DNA from: Perna viridis
Taxonomy: Eukaryota
Assembly (NCBI GenBank): GCA_037379345.1
Contig: CM074515.1
Location: 3,596,001-3,660,000, forward strand
Direction of reading: 5' to 3'
DNA length: 64,000 nt
The notes below the pieces were generated by a model, which saw nothing but the letters and a program-made list of their open reading frames with translations, ran no database searches and was not told where the DNA came from. Below are positions 1 through 12,700 of this stretch, piece by piece; position 1 is the stretch's first letter, and every line of letters starts with the position of its first letter. The translations under genes were made by a program, and so were the position numbers.

Positions 1-60
1 TTGTCCCAGGATTACATTCTTTTGATTACCGCTATAACCTTGGTTCCCTTAATTATTCTT
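1..60 (+). mobile_element. 3' end of Naiad-type Penelope-like element
   Basis: ggattacattcttttgattaccgctataaccttggttccctt matches the 3' end of the copies at 19934 and 31505. Confidence 0.7.
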
Positions 61-465
61 TATCAGACTCACTTAGCTTTTCCACCATAACTGTTACATT
101 ATTTCTAGCAAACAAGAGATATTGCAATGCTTAGAATATTAGGAAGAGGTGTTTCAATGAAAGCAGTACCTAATTTTGAAGTTTTTACATTTCAAGTAGT
201 GTGGTCTGGCTAGACTGTCAGGAAAAGTATTGCCATCTCTAAGAAATATCATATAAACAGAATAACAATGTGTCACTTTACTTAGTCTATGGCAGCATAA
301 AAATAGAACTGTTCAGCATGAAATATTTAGATTTCTAAAGTCACTGCAAGTGCACAGCTGTTGGTTGTGTGTAAACTGAATGAGCAGGAATAACCTAGAC
401 TAGTAGTCAAGATAATATAAAGTAGACTAGAGGGTAATAAAATAGGACAGTCACACATAGCCAAC

Positions 466-679
466 CTGTTTGGATGAGGTATGCTTAAATCTGATTGTTC
501 TAGTTACAGTCTGGATATCACTCCCTTCATCATCTGATGCCCCTTCCTCAGAGGAGGATTCATGGTTACTGGGGTCATTGGTGTCAAGGTCATCCGAATT
601 TGACCCAGTTTCAAGGCTTATAATACTGTCATCACTGTCATAACTTTTTTGAAATAGAAGAGCATCATCACCTGTCAGT
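466..679 (-). CDS. URI1: URI1 exon 7 (acidic region)
   Basis: LTGDDALLFQKSYDSDDS...ESSSEEGASDDEGSDIQTVTRTIRFKHTSSKQ; the 3' boundary (gttggc donor) is less certain. Confidence 0.8.
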
Positions 680-3600
680 CTGTAATAATATAATTGAAGA
701 TGAACATAATATTACCAGTGACCTGTCTTGTTTACATTGTAAAATGAGGACTTGAGCCAAATATAACAATAAATTTGTTCATGTAGGTTTCCTGTAAGTT
801 GTTAATCAACATAAGTAATTATCCTTTTTTCCAAATATATAAGAGATGAAATAAGGTTTCCATGGCTTATATCCAACATCTTAAATCTTGTTTGGTTAAT
901 TTTCATTTTTGTCAAACCACAACAAGGCCCTGTATTGTAGATTTTGCATAACTTTCATAATGAGGGAAATATAAGAATACAGGGCCACAGATATAAGGCA
1001 GATATAATTAGCTCATGTATTACACAAAAATTAAACATTCTGAATTTTGACCTACTTGCTGAACTCTTGTCTTTCTGCTTCTATTTTCTCAAGCTGATTT
1101 AATCTTTCCCATATCTCTTCATTACTTATTTCTTTCCCTTGACACTTTTCTCTCTTTTTCTTTTCACTTTTTCTGTATTCTTGTACATTTTTCTTGTGTT
1201 GTTCTATATAAAAATGACAAAAGTAAATTCAATTAGACCAAACCTGTCACAAAGAAACATGAACTTAACTTTAAAAGCAGATGAAAAAAAAAATAATGTT
1301 ATACCTATAATGAAAGATGTCAAAGCAATAAAACCACATGCATTTTTTGTAAATTGTGATGTGCACCTCATCTGCATATTACAGCCATATGATTAAATGA
1401 GTCATTTTTACAAAAAGAAACTTCTATTCAATCCTGATGAATGGATGGACAGTCTCGAAAAGAAACATCCATCAGACAACAACCAAATTATCAGTAATGA
1501 TAAAAAACTGCCAATGTTACACATGTGTACCAGTCAGAGGGCTGAGTGTCTTACATTCATATTTATATAAGTACCAAGTAAACTTCTGATTTTTTTCTTT
1601 GTGTTAAAAAGATGCAAAACTTTTAACACTCTTTCTAATGTAAAAAAAAATACACCTTTAACTGGAAAAAATTAAGATTTAAGGTAGTAAGTTGCTAAAG
1701 TCACAGCTTTTTTTTTTAAGAAAACAAATATACTGAATCCATTTCAATGTAATCTGTTTTAATCCTCATTAAACTGAGTCAACATAATTATCCCCACTCC
1801 TTAGTAGACCACTCACACATTCTTTTCTGATGTTCCAAAATTCTAAATGAAAATATTTCAAAGCATTATCTCAAAACAAACCAACATACATGGAGACAGC
1901 TTGGGTATAAGGATTATCTGCCCTTGATAATGACTATCCAATTAGTGGGTTTGACTGAGGGATTAAAGGTGGTGTTATAAAGTAGCCCACTTAATCAGTG
2001 TTACTACACCCATTATCTTATTATTGTCTAATTACCTCACACAGGTGACCCATGTAAAATACTATTTATTCATATAAAATTGCCAAAATGTTTATATAGC
2101 CTTGATAATCTTTATCTTACCATTCTGTGAAAACATTATATTGTGAATTAAGGGACATAATGGCTTTCTTAAACAAGAGGCATTTGTTTAAATTGGAACT
2201 TGTTTTTACACTCAAGACTCGTATGTAGAATATAAACAGGTTTTTCAAAACATGCTTATAAATTTGCCTTTAGTTTTTTTGTACTTCAAGAAGGCACACA
2301 ACCAGCTAATTATAATAACAGAGGAACTTGACAATTTTAACACTGAGGCAGGTGTTTGGGCTATTACATTCACACCAACATTATAATAGCTCATGCATTT
2401 ACATAATCCATCTAGCTAATGTTGATATTAAAGTGAAACAATTAAATAATTGGACAAAATCTCCAGCTTTACTGATAACATTGTAAAGCTTATACTTCAT
2501 AAAATACACTCCAAAACATAAGAGAGCTACTTTACTAAAGATTTTATATTTCTATTTAATATACAGCACAAGTACATAAATAAATTTTTTAAAAAATGCT
2601 TCATAGGATGCAGCTTGATATGACCACAGCTGCCAAACCCTGAACACAATTGGCACAGTATAGACACACCATTCAAGCTTGAATTTTGATTGCAATAAGA
2701 CATCTGACACAGAAAAACAGAATCTAGATGTGCACCTATTTGGATCATAATTCCTAATTAGTTCAAGTTGCAATGTCTAAAATAAATCACAATTCCTTTG
2801 GGAATCCATTCCCTTTCACTCATTTTATCATCAAGACTCCTGGAAAATACCCTCTTTTTGGCACGTAACTCCTAAAATAAATCACTGCCTTCCTTTGGTG
2901 GAATTGCACCTTTTAGTACAATTTCAAAGTGATCCATTTACATTATGTACTTAAAAGTCAAGTTCTTGTCCAGACCTTAGAAAAATGTTGGTTTCTGGCC
3001 CTTTTTAGCCCCTCATTCCTAAACAACTCAAGTTTCAACCACTAAAATCCTTACTAGTCTGACTTTTAAGGTATAGGTCTGTGGGGCAATATCATAAAAA
3101 ATCATTTGCTTTGACTACAGTTTTATAGTTTATGAGATGATTGCTTATGGACACTCAATTCAAATGAGGTTGAGTCATAATACTAAACATAATTCCATCC
3201 TTTCATTTGTGGTTTTGGGCCATGTTTTATAAAGGTCAGCAAACAAATATTCAAATTATCACATGAAACCCAAGTGCTTACAGACAAAGACATGGACAAC
3301 AGCAGCCCTATAAAATGTTTACTACCAAATTATAAGTACCATATTTCTTTTAGAAATTACATTTTATCACGCCAGTTTTAATGTTAAATAAATTGAAAAA
3401 TAGTATGAAAACTATGGCAGCTTCAGTTAAATATTTAAAGAAATTACGGGGTGCTATCTTACTTTCAATAATGTTCATGATTGATTGTCGGTGTTTAATG
3501 CCAAAGCAGCAATATTTCAGCTATATCCAGGCTATGAACATGAAATGGATGATAAAATGAACATGAAATGATGATGAAATGAAAAATGGGATGGGACACA

Positions 3601-6600
3601 AGGATAATATGGTAGACAAATTTTGATTGCCACTTGAAATAGAGAGAAGTGGGTAGGGTTGGACAATTTAGCCTCCTGTGGTGGAGCACACCAGGGTTCT
3701 CTAAGGTGCGACAAATATGGCATCTTTACCAACACGGTGCACCACTATGATTTGTGTTCAGGTTTTCCATATAATGGCCTGACGACCCCGGCATGTAACA
3801 TGCTGGGGCTCGGGTACCCCATTCCACATCCTTCGGCACACACCCCCGGCCAGGGTTCTAAGCACTATTAAGTCGCCTTTAACAACAAGCTTAGCACTGC
3901 TGCAGGCCTATTCTTTTGACATCCAGACCCAAATAGTGCTCAATAATGTTCATTAATTGCTTAACACTGATATATCATGGTTTTCTATTAAAATAAGCTA
4001 CATTCTCCCAGGTAAGACAAAGTTTGATGGTTAACAATATAAGGTCTGTATCAATAATGTTTATTACTACAGACCTAAAATTGTTAGCCATTAAAGTTTT
4101 TCTTTCCTAAGAGAATGTACCTTGTTTAAACAGAAAACCATGATATATCAGTGTTAAGCAATAACCTCTCCAAATCTTCTCTTTTTCCTCATCATATGGT
4201 TCAGCTATTTCAAAAGTGCCAGACTAAAGAACAAAAATGTACAAATGAAACAAATAATAAAAAAAAAAACACAAAATTTTGATGAAATTGTACAGCTATT
4301 CACATTAGGATAGATTTTACATTATTAAGCAAATTAGAAAATCTAACACCATGCATATGTTCTGTTAATATTATACCATAGGTGAAAAAATCCTTTTATT
4401 ACTTCAATGGCTATTTCATCATATTTCCAATTCATTATTATTATAATTTCAACTTTATAAAAATGTAAATTATCGATAGTTGTTTTTATTTTCATATTGT
4501 ACTGATTTATTAAATCATAATTAACAATTTCCAGCTCTTTCCAATGGACACATCTGGTAAGGTGATAATTACTTACCTGTGAAAAGTTTTCAGCTGCATC
4601 TAATCTGGGCTTAAGTAGTTCTTTTTGCTTCTCCAAATTATTGATTTCAGTATTTATTGCTAAAATACAGGTATTAAATATGGTATATTAGCATAAATAT
4701 CCAGTCTTTATTATACGTTCATAATGTGACCAAAGGGGCATTACTCTTGTTCAGTGTAAGTTACTAAAATAGAATAAATCAAAATTATGAAGTTTTAATT
4801 GCAGCACATTGCACAAATATTTAAATGTTCATACTGCAAATAAAAACTTCAACTTCTTTGCAGGAACATTGAAGGTTTAATTTTAATGTATATGTAAAGA
4901 ATACCCAAAACTCAGGCCTAACAAAAATGCTTCAACAGGGTATGATGTAAAATTTAGTGAACCTTGTCCTAGCAGGCCAGTAAATGAAAATTCGACTTGG
5001 TCTCAGTGTTGTATTAATATTCCCATAGATTTCTATAGTGAAGTGCATATTTTTAGGATTTAAAAAAAATATGTAAATTGATTCAATAAAACTTTCACTT
5101 ATGTAGAAATTCTAAAGACATGTGAAAAAAAAAATTTCCGAAAAAAAGTAGGACGAGTCAGATTGGACAGAAGAGTATTTTTGAACTATAAATAGTCATT
5201 CTCTCTACTTTTGCTATCGTTTTGCACTCATCAAACCAACCTTTTCAGTGGATCATTTTTATGTTGTAATTTAAATTTTCTTAATAAAAAGTTTGTCATC
5301 TAATAGTGTTATGTTTGCTTTATTTTATAAGTCATTGTTCATATCTTTTGACAAAACATTAGTTTGTAAAGAGACAAAAAGAAAATACACTATATTTTAA
5401 TACCCTCCATTTTTTGACATATACTTACTGAGGGATACCCAATGCAATACTAGAACCACTTGCCTTATTCATAAACTAGGTTGTCCTGAAGTCCAGAAAA
5501 ATTATTTGTATTTTTGAAAGTGTAATATGACTTTTACTTGTCTGAATTGTAGGTTAACTTGTCCTAGGAACTAGAACAACTTTAATGTCAGACCCTGTTT
5601 TAAAGGTGGTCTGCTTGAAAATAAGTAAAGACTCCAAGTTTTAGTGTATATATTGAAATATGATATACATACACAATGAAGAGTATCAAACCTTTAACTC
5701 TTCTGTCAACAATTTCACAGGCTTGTTTCGCCGATCGCTCCACAAACCAGTTATCTCCAAGCAGAACCAAAATCTCATTTGTGTGAACCAATTTTCCAGG
5801 CATAAAGGCCAATGTCCCAAAAGGTACCTATAAATATCAACAAACTATTTTAATATTCGTTCAATTAATGCTTGAAAAACATCATTCTGTCCATTTGAAG
5901 ATACAAGGAATTTTAAAAATGTTTCTCAGGGGGCAGCTAGACACACCCACAGAGGTAAAATCCAGAACAAATAGGCAAATATAGACTTTAAATTCAACCT
6001 TAAAAATAGCATTAAGAAATTTTAAACAACTGAAAAAAGTAGAAATAAATAAGCAGAATACATGAAAGCTGATGAAGTCTTTCAGAGGCAACTTTTAACA
6101 GCCGAGGCAGCCAACAATGCCAGAGTAACCCCACCAAATTGAATTGTTTGGAGAGATCACTACTGTCAACATTTACATCACGTTTCAATAACTGGAGCTT
6201 GGGGTTCATGTTTTAAGTGTTTTGAGAACCTTCAGCAAGGTTTACATAAAACTACCAACTTATCATACCATAACATCATGAGTAAGTTTGTCTGGTAATG
6301 TTTTTAATCTTCCCTTTAGAGACTTATAGTCACTTCTGAACTTTTCCCTGAAAATATAGTAAACAATTTGGTGATGAATTCTTTAATACTTATCTGGACA
6401 GAAGCAGCTATGAAAATCAGCTAAAGGACAAAGTTGTGAGTTTGAAAGGCAATAATATAGTCAGTTGATGAAACACACTCTCCTCCCAGAAAGAAAGCCA
6501 AGACCAAACTGTTTTCCTTTCTTGACTCTCCTGCTACACCAAGAAAGCATTATGATTCTGTAGTTGGTTGTCATGTAGCAGACTACTTAAATGAGCAACT

Positions 6601-9161
6601 GGAAGACACAGATTGGGAAATCTAAACAGAGTGTTTATCCTCAACTGTCCAATCTAGCTTTGGGGTTCATGCAAAGAACATCAAAGCAACTGACGCTATA
6701 TTATAGCCTTTCAAATTCATTGAGGCATCTTCTGCTGCAATAGAAAGACTTTTCGTCCTAGAAGGGAAAACATTCAGACCAGTCCGATGCTGCCTTAAAT
6801 TTAAAACATTTCAGAGATTGATGATGATCAAGTGCAATGGTTCTTAAAAATTCAAGTGAAAGTCACAAATTGTTATATTGTACTTGCATATATTTTATAG
6901 ATCTATGTGGTTTAATAAATTAGTGAAGATTGATGTTCTACTATACTTTTAAAAATAACATTACCTGTTGAATTCAAAGAATTTAAGGACTTATGAAAAA
7001 TACAAATAGCATAAACAAAATGTTCCAGACCTTTCAAATAATTCATAGTTATTTCCAAATTCTTTGTAATCAGAAGTTATTATGATTATTTGCCAATGTA
7101 ATCATTAATTTAATCAATTACTTTCAGAAATGCTGTAATTGTTAATTTAATTCAATCATATATTTGACAAAGTAATTTTAATTTAATCAATTACATTTAG
7201 AGTAATCGGACCCATCTCTGGTATACACTAGCAACAATTTGCCAATATTAGGCTAGTATGAGCATGTGGTACACACTAGCAACAATTTGTCAATGTTAGG
7301 CTAGTATAAGCATGTGGTACATACTAGTAACAATTTGTCAATGTTGGGCAAGTATAAGCATGTGGTATACACTACCAACAATTTATCAATGTTAGGCTAG
7401 TATAAGCATGTGGTTGACACAACCAACAATTTATCAATATTAGGTTTGTATGAGCATGTGGTATACACTAACAACAATTTATCAATGTTAGGCTAGTATG
7501 AGCATGCAGTTGACACTGCCTCAAATGTTAGGTAAGTCCCATAACTCCTATAAAATTTGTCAAATCAAATTAGCGGGATAGTATGGACAGCTTCATCTTA
7601 TAAAAAATACATCCTACAAGTAAGTGATGACAGACATAATGGAGGATGGATGGATGGACCAGTCAAAAACATACCATCCGCAACTTTGTCGCATATGTTA
7701 TAAAATGAATTTTTTGTAATGGATGTGATATCATATTTTGATAGGAAAATTAAAGTGGCAGTGTGTAAGGTAGGTTTGACATCCATGATTTCAGCTGGAA
7801 AGCAGTGTTTTTCTAGTGCTTGTCATTTTGCTCATAGATGAAAGACTTTTTTTAAAAAGATGAAAATATTCTGGCCCCATTTCATCATCTGAAATCTTGT
7901 AAAGTTAAAAAATAATGATGGTTGTAAGCCCACAAAGGGTTTAAAGACGAATCACACTATTGTTTATGCACATTGTATTTTGCAAACTATTATATCATAG
8001 TCAATTTGTGATGTCGCTTTTTGCGTGAAATTTGCGATTTATCTCCCTTTGACTGTAGAAGCAATATGATTGTTTGTTTGTTGGGGTTTACCGCCCGAGC
8101 AGCAATATTTCAGCTATATTCAGGCGATGAACATGAAATGCATGATAAAATGAACATGAAATGAAAATATGGATGGGACACAAGGATAGAAAGGTCGACA
8201 AATTTTGATTGCCACAAGACAAAGGTAGGGAAGATGGGTTCTAAAAATCCCAATTGTGGGTTGTAAAATTCCCAATTGTCAATAGACGTCTGGTAGCCTC
8301 GAGATTGTGATCGTGTTGTTTTTTTTTCTTCTGTATCATACTTCGTTTATGTACATTTGGATCGTCTTTCGGGATGTTTCGTTAGTTTTCCTCATACTAT
8401 CAATGCCATTATGATTGCATTGCAATCTATTCGATTCTATATCATCACTGCGCTTGAAGGCAACTAAAAAAGTTAATCAGAACGGACAAGCCGAAAAATG
8501 ACCCATACCATACGTCAAAAGAACAATATAATATTTCAACTGCTGGGGCGGCTATGTCTCATAATTCCAAATTCTATTAAAAAAACTGAGCTCAGCTGAT
8601 AGTGTTAAATGTCGGAAATTAGATTCATTTGGCTTAAAAAAAATCAACATGAAAGAAAACTTGAATTTTAATATACTATTAAATGATTCAAATGATTAAT
8701 GTTTAATTAATGTTTGAAACTAATGAAAAAGGAAAACAATAGGCATTATTAAGAGGAATTTTTGATAAAAGTTGTAAATGTACAAACTATTCTCCAGTCT
8801 CTGTAGTATCCAAATTGTCTTCCAAAGGAGATCTACACTCTTCAATACTGAGGGAACTGTAGTGTTTCTCATTTATATACCATTTCCCAAATTAGCGATT
8901 TTACACGCTTTTTTCCCAATTGCATGGGCCCCGGGCCCCTTCCCAAAAACAGTAGGAAAATCACTGGTACATGTAATCTCAAAAGGATTACAGAAATAGT
9001 TAAGATGGAAAAGATCAAGAACAGGACAAAATAGAAAAAGACAGTATAAAAACGATAAACATTCCTTTTCTCTCTACTTACCACTGTTTAATGTTGGCAT
9101 TAGTCTCTTCAAATGCTTTCTGCTGCTCTATTTTGAGTCTGTCAAGCTGTTGTAAATCCAT
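466..9161 (-). CDS. URI1: Unconventional prefoldin RPB5 interactor 1 (URI1/RMP/Bud27); 5' part, gene probably continues past the left edge
   Basis: Seven GT-AG exons in consistent phase: 9161-9082, 6347-6269, 5827-5692, 4659-4577, 4223-4166, 1203-1056, 679-466. Spliced product MDLQQLDRLKIEQQKAFEETNANIKQWEKFRSDYKSLKGRLKTLPDKLTHDVMVPFGTLAFMPGKLVHTNEILVLLGDNWFVERSAKQACEIVDRR... is the alpha-prefoldin domain of URI. It is followed by EEIWERLNQLEK (RPB5-binding region), an Asp/Ser-rich tract and RTIRFKHT. Confidence 0.95.
1056..1203 (-). CDS. URI1: URI1 exon 6
   Basis: QHKKNVQEYRK...EEIWERLNQLEKIEAER, matching the URI EELWARLEELE motif. Confidence 0.88.
3479..3939 (-). mobile_element. SINE-like retroelement with 14-bp target-site duplication
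   Basis: TSD tcaataatgttcat at 3465-3478 and 3940-3953. 3' end gatatagctgaaatattgctg...ttaaacacc followed by a (CAAT)n tail. Shorter copies at ~8067-8230 and ~20838-20900. Confidence 0.8.
3955..4163. mobile_element. MITE with ~60-bp terminal inverted repeats
   Basis: attgcttaacactgatatatcatggttttct(a/g)tt... at 3956 is inverted at 4103-4162. Confidence 0.8.
4166..4223 (-). CDS. URI1: URI1 exon 5
   Basis: SGTFEIAEPYDEEKEKIWR; phase 0 in, phase 1 out; donor gttatt abuts a MITE. Confidence 0.82.
4577..4659 (-). CDS. URI1: URI1 exon 4
   Basis: INTEINNLEKQKELLKPRLDAAENFSQ coiled coil; phases match; gtaagt donor. Confidence 0.88.
5692..5827 (-). CDS. URI1: URI1 exon 3
   Basis: VPFGTLAFMPGKLVHTNEILVLLGDNWFVERSAKQA, the URI prefoldin signature. 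Confidence 0.96.
6269..6347 (-). CDS. URI1: URI1 exon 2
   Basis: EKFRSDYKSLKGRLKTLPDKLTHDVM; ttttcag acceptor, gtatga donor. Confidence 0.93.
6400..7220 (+). mobile_element. Degraded hAT DNA transposon, 3' end
   Basis: YPQLSNLAL...ASSAAIERLF..GKTFRPVRCCLKFKTFQRLMMIKCN* (6635-6847) is the hAT C-terminal dimerisation domain. Subterminal gtaatc/aattac repeats and terminus ggacccatctctg. Confidence 0.8.
7219..7530. repeat. 48-bp tandem repeat, ~6.3 copies
   Basis: tggtacacactagcaacaatttgtcaatgttaggctagtataagcatg at 7219, 7267, 7315, 7363, 7411, 7459. Confidence 0.95.
8067..8230 (-). mobile_element. 5'-truncated copy of the SINE at 3479
   Basis: Shares gcagcaatatttcagctatat...gatgggacacaaggata...aattttgattgccac. 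Confidence 0.75.
9082..9161 (-). CDS. URI1: URI1 coding exon 1
   Basis: ATG at 9161-9159; MDLQQLDRLKIEQQKAFEETNANIKQ(W); donor gtaagt. Confidence 0.9.
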
Positions 9162-9556
9162 CACTCCATGCTCAAAACCACTAGCTAATAATAATGTTGA
9201 CCTTGACCGCCAAAAGTACGGGAAAATTATAAAAATAAAAGTGAAGCTGGTAAAAACAGTATTCCGGAATATCGATAATTGTAAGATCAGCTTTTCAGAT
9301 ACAAAAATGAACTGTATTAAATCATTTTAAGTGTAAATTAAATTAACAGTAAGATATGCTTTCTAAAACTGTTCATGCATTTGTTAATTGTCCGTATATT
9401 CATCTGTGAAAGCAGAGAAATCCGGAATGCTTTTCTATCCGACATTGAATCGTTTGTTATTGTAACTTTACTGAAAAAGTCTGAGGATGAAAGAAAAAAA
9501 AAGTCAGTATATTCATTATTTCTTATTGCATTTATAGGAAAAATATAAAGTCAATA
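9162..9556. promoter_or_regulatory. Putative bidirectional promoter and 5'UTRs shared by URI1 and PHKB
   Basis: Only 395 bp between the divergent start codons. Palindrome ATTCCGGAAT at 9261-9270 (back-to-back ETS cores), second CCGGAA at ~9422, locally CpG-enriched. Possible PHKB 5'UTR intron acceptor tttatag at 9531-9537. Confidence 0.6.
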
Positions 9557-9746
9557 ATGGGTGACAACAGACGAGGTACGCTGAGTGATCTTAGAAAAGG
9601 CAGCTTTGACAAATCAGCTCGAAGATTTTCAAGGCTGGACAGCAGAACTGGAATTCATAGTTTCATACCAAAAGGTGTTATGGTCAATACAAATGCTGAT
9701 GTTCAAGAGGAAATAGAAAGAAATCTCAATGCTCAGTACATTACCT
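9557..9746 (+). CDS. PHKB: PHKB exon 1
   Basis: [17 protein letters not shown]...[10 protein letters not shown]; donor gtaaga, phase 1. Confidence 0.85.
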
Positions 9747-12700
9747 GTAAGAAAATATCACTATTGTAGATTATATCATTTACATGTAATAACAGCAGAA
9801 ATTATTGTTGCATGCCTACATATGTAAGTCTATGACCACTGCCTTCCAATGTACATGTATCATACATTTTATGACATGATTTCTATTTACTTTTACTCTA
9901 ATATGAGGAAGGTGTAACCTTAAGCACTCCCAATGGAAGCATTAATTCAAACACTTTTAATAAAATTTTTGTCAGCCCTGATCAATACTTAATAACTAAT
10001 AACATATTTCTGTTTACTCCAAAATGGTAAAATTTATTATGATATATGGTTTTTGTTGTCCTAATGCATTCTTCTAATCGTCATGATCTGAAATCCTATG
10101 GGCCAAAATTTTTGGCATTGGTAAACCATAAGGAACTAAGAGTTGTCGTGATTCCAAATGTCTTTGGGTTGAATTGTCCGGCATTGAAAATTTGAAATTC
10201 AAGTTAGCTTCAGGATGTTGCAATTTTGACTGAAGTATATTCATTATTCATTATTTTTCCACACATAGAAAAAGACAAATTAATCATTTAGGACAATTTG
10301 CTTACACTATTAACATCACAATCAGACCTTATCTTTTAGGTGATAGAAGTAAATATATGGATGTTTAATGATTTCTAAATAAACCACCCCCATCGTCAGT
10401 CTAAACATATCTTTAATACAAGTACATAATGTACTGGTAAAAAAATTTCAATAAATGCAGGTGACTATATGGTTTTCAATGAAATTTCTTATAAAAACCA
10501 TACTATCTGAACGAAATTAATTTGAGGCCATGCAGGGAGAGTTTGAACTCTAAATTAGTTTTTCAGCCTCCCATTTTAATGGGTATAGGTGGGCTTAAAA
10601 AGGTAATTGGGGTGATCTCATTAACCTTAAAAAATGATGAAGTAGGGATTTTGTTTTGTCTTACAGTAGGTATTTCACTAAAAACAGGTATATTCAAAAA
10701 CTCTTCACGCAATGCATCCAAAACTATGACTTACATGTAATATACTAATGCTAGTTCCAAAAGCTGAACTGATGAAAAATTCCTCCGTTCAATCAACCGT
10801 GGAGCATCGTTTTTGAATTGCATTATGGGTAATCTTGTGTGTTCTCCCCTCCCAACATATTTTCACGCAATCTGTATGAAATTATGCGTTATTCCAATCC
10901 TGTCTACTATAAAAATCCTTGCCAGTACAAAGTCTGTATCTTCAACTTTAAAAAAGCAAACTTTTATCTGGTTATATTTTATAACAAGTACATGTTTTAG
11001 CTACCAAGTGACTTGAAGTGTGATTGTGCATGATTTGTTAAAAGACAATAATAAAAATGCTTTACATGTACATGAAGAAATATATGTGTACCTTTTAGTA
11101 TACTGGTTTTCTTCCTCTTTCAGTGAAGAAGCAGATCCTATGTTATCAAAGCAGTACACTTGGCATGTTTCCTAGTATTGGAAACAATGCAAAACCATCA
11201 AAGATAGCCAGAGTCAGGGAAAGCATTTATTGTGCTGTTGCTTCATGGGCTTTGTCACAAGCTTACAGGTATTGTGTACTTTTCTCTTTTGTTTCTTGAG
11301 ATAGAATGCGTAGAGGAGAAGGCACATTAAAGAATCAAGTGTTAAAAGTCTGAAAATTCTTGCAATTAAAAGGACAAAAGAATAGCTTGAAGTTTATTGA
11401 AATTCAGAAATTTTGGCAAGTTTGTACTCTTTGGTCATTTTCTGATTATATTTCCGGCAAGAAAATGGTGTTCATGCCAAAGAAACAATTTCATATTTAG
11501 TAAAAACATTCATTAGTATATCATAATATGTTAAAATGTACTGTTGTTTCCTAATATTAATATATTTTTCTATGTTTCAAATAGTTTTTATGTTAATACA
11601 AGAGAGTTAATATATTGGGCCATATTCATAGCCTAATGCCCTTACAACTTCAATGTATTTTATATAAAAAAAAAAAGAATTTGAATTATCCAGTACCCAT
11701 TACTTTAAATGTAACTTGTCTTTAAAATAAAATTTTATTTTTTAATATTAATTAAAAATTAGTAATTAATATTAGTTTTAAATGTGACAGAATTTCATAT
11801 TACAATATTTTAACTTTTATCATTTTTGTCCTTTTGAATAGTTATTACTCTGAATCACACCATTTCTTTTGAGACAAGAGACTGATTTCTTCTATTTTTA
11901 AGCATAAGTCTCAACCAATTTTGACAAAACACACATACGAAAAGAGTACAAGCTGAGAAGGAAATAGATAATTATCCAGTATAAATTCTTCATCCATAAT
12001 TTGTCGATTCCTTGCAGAAAAATTGATGATGACATGGGGAGAACTTCAGAGCTTGCACAGACTGCAGTTAAGTGTATGAGAGGAATTCTGTTCTGTTGGT
12101 TTCGACAATCTGATAAGGTGTGTATTTTCCTTCGTAATCGTGTACTCACCTTTGAGTATCTTAACACTGACCATGCTGAATTGTTTGAAAAAAAAAATGT
12201 CTAGATTTCAGTATTTTTCCAAACTTATGCAAATTAGTTGCATTATGGTGCTGATGCTGATTGTTTTTTTATAAGTTAAAAGTAGGTGATCACGGGATGG
12301 GGTTGATGGGAGGGTGGCTGGGCATGCAGGGGAAAATGGATCTGTTGTCCGAAAATGGTAATTTTTGTGATTTTTGGTCATTTTTCATCAGACGTGATGC
12401 TCACCATGTGTAAGACAGTGTCCAAAGTGCAATTTTTCCAAAGCTTGTTCCCTCAGATGGTAATTTAAGCCAAAAATTGTTCATTATAGTCCTAAGTGGA
12501 AGGTCAGGAGTTCCCAGAGAAGTCACTCATTAGAAAAAAAATTAGATTTTTTGCAATTTTGGCTTCAGATTGGTCTAAAACCTGGAGTGGTTAGTATATG
12601 GGGTTGACATCGTGGGAGTGGTATAGAAACTAGTTGAAATGAAGCACTATGGATCCATTCTGCTGTTGTTAGAGGCCGAGAATTTAGCCTTACCCCTAAA

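Noticed and set aside
72-240. Possible further URI1 exons on the minus strand (about 238-170 and 104-73)
   Set aside because: Phase does not match the exon 7 donor and there is no recognisable URI similarity; left uncalled.
7219-7530. CRISPR-like appearance of the regular arrays (also 24860, 29241, 63700)
   Set aside because: Units are head-to-tail with no unique spacers, there are no cas genes, and the context is eukaryotic introns.
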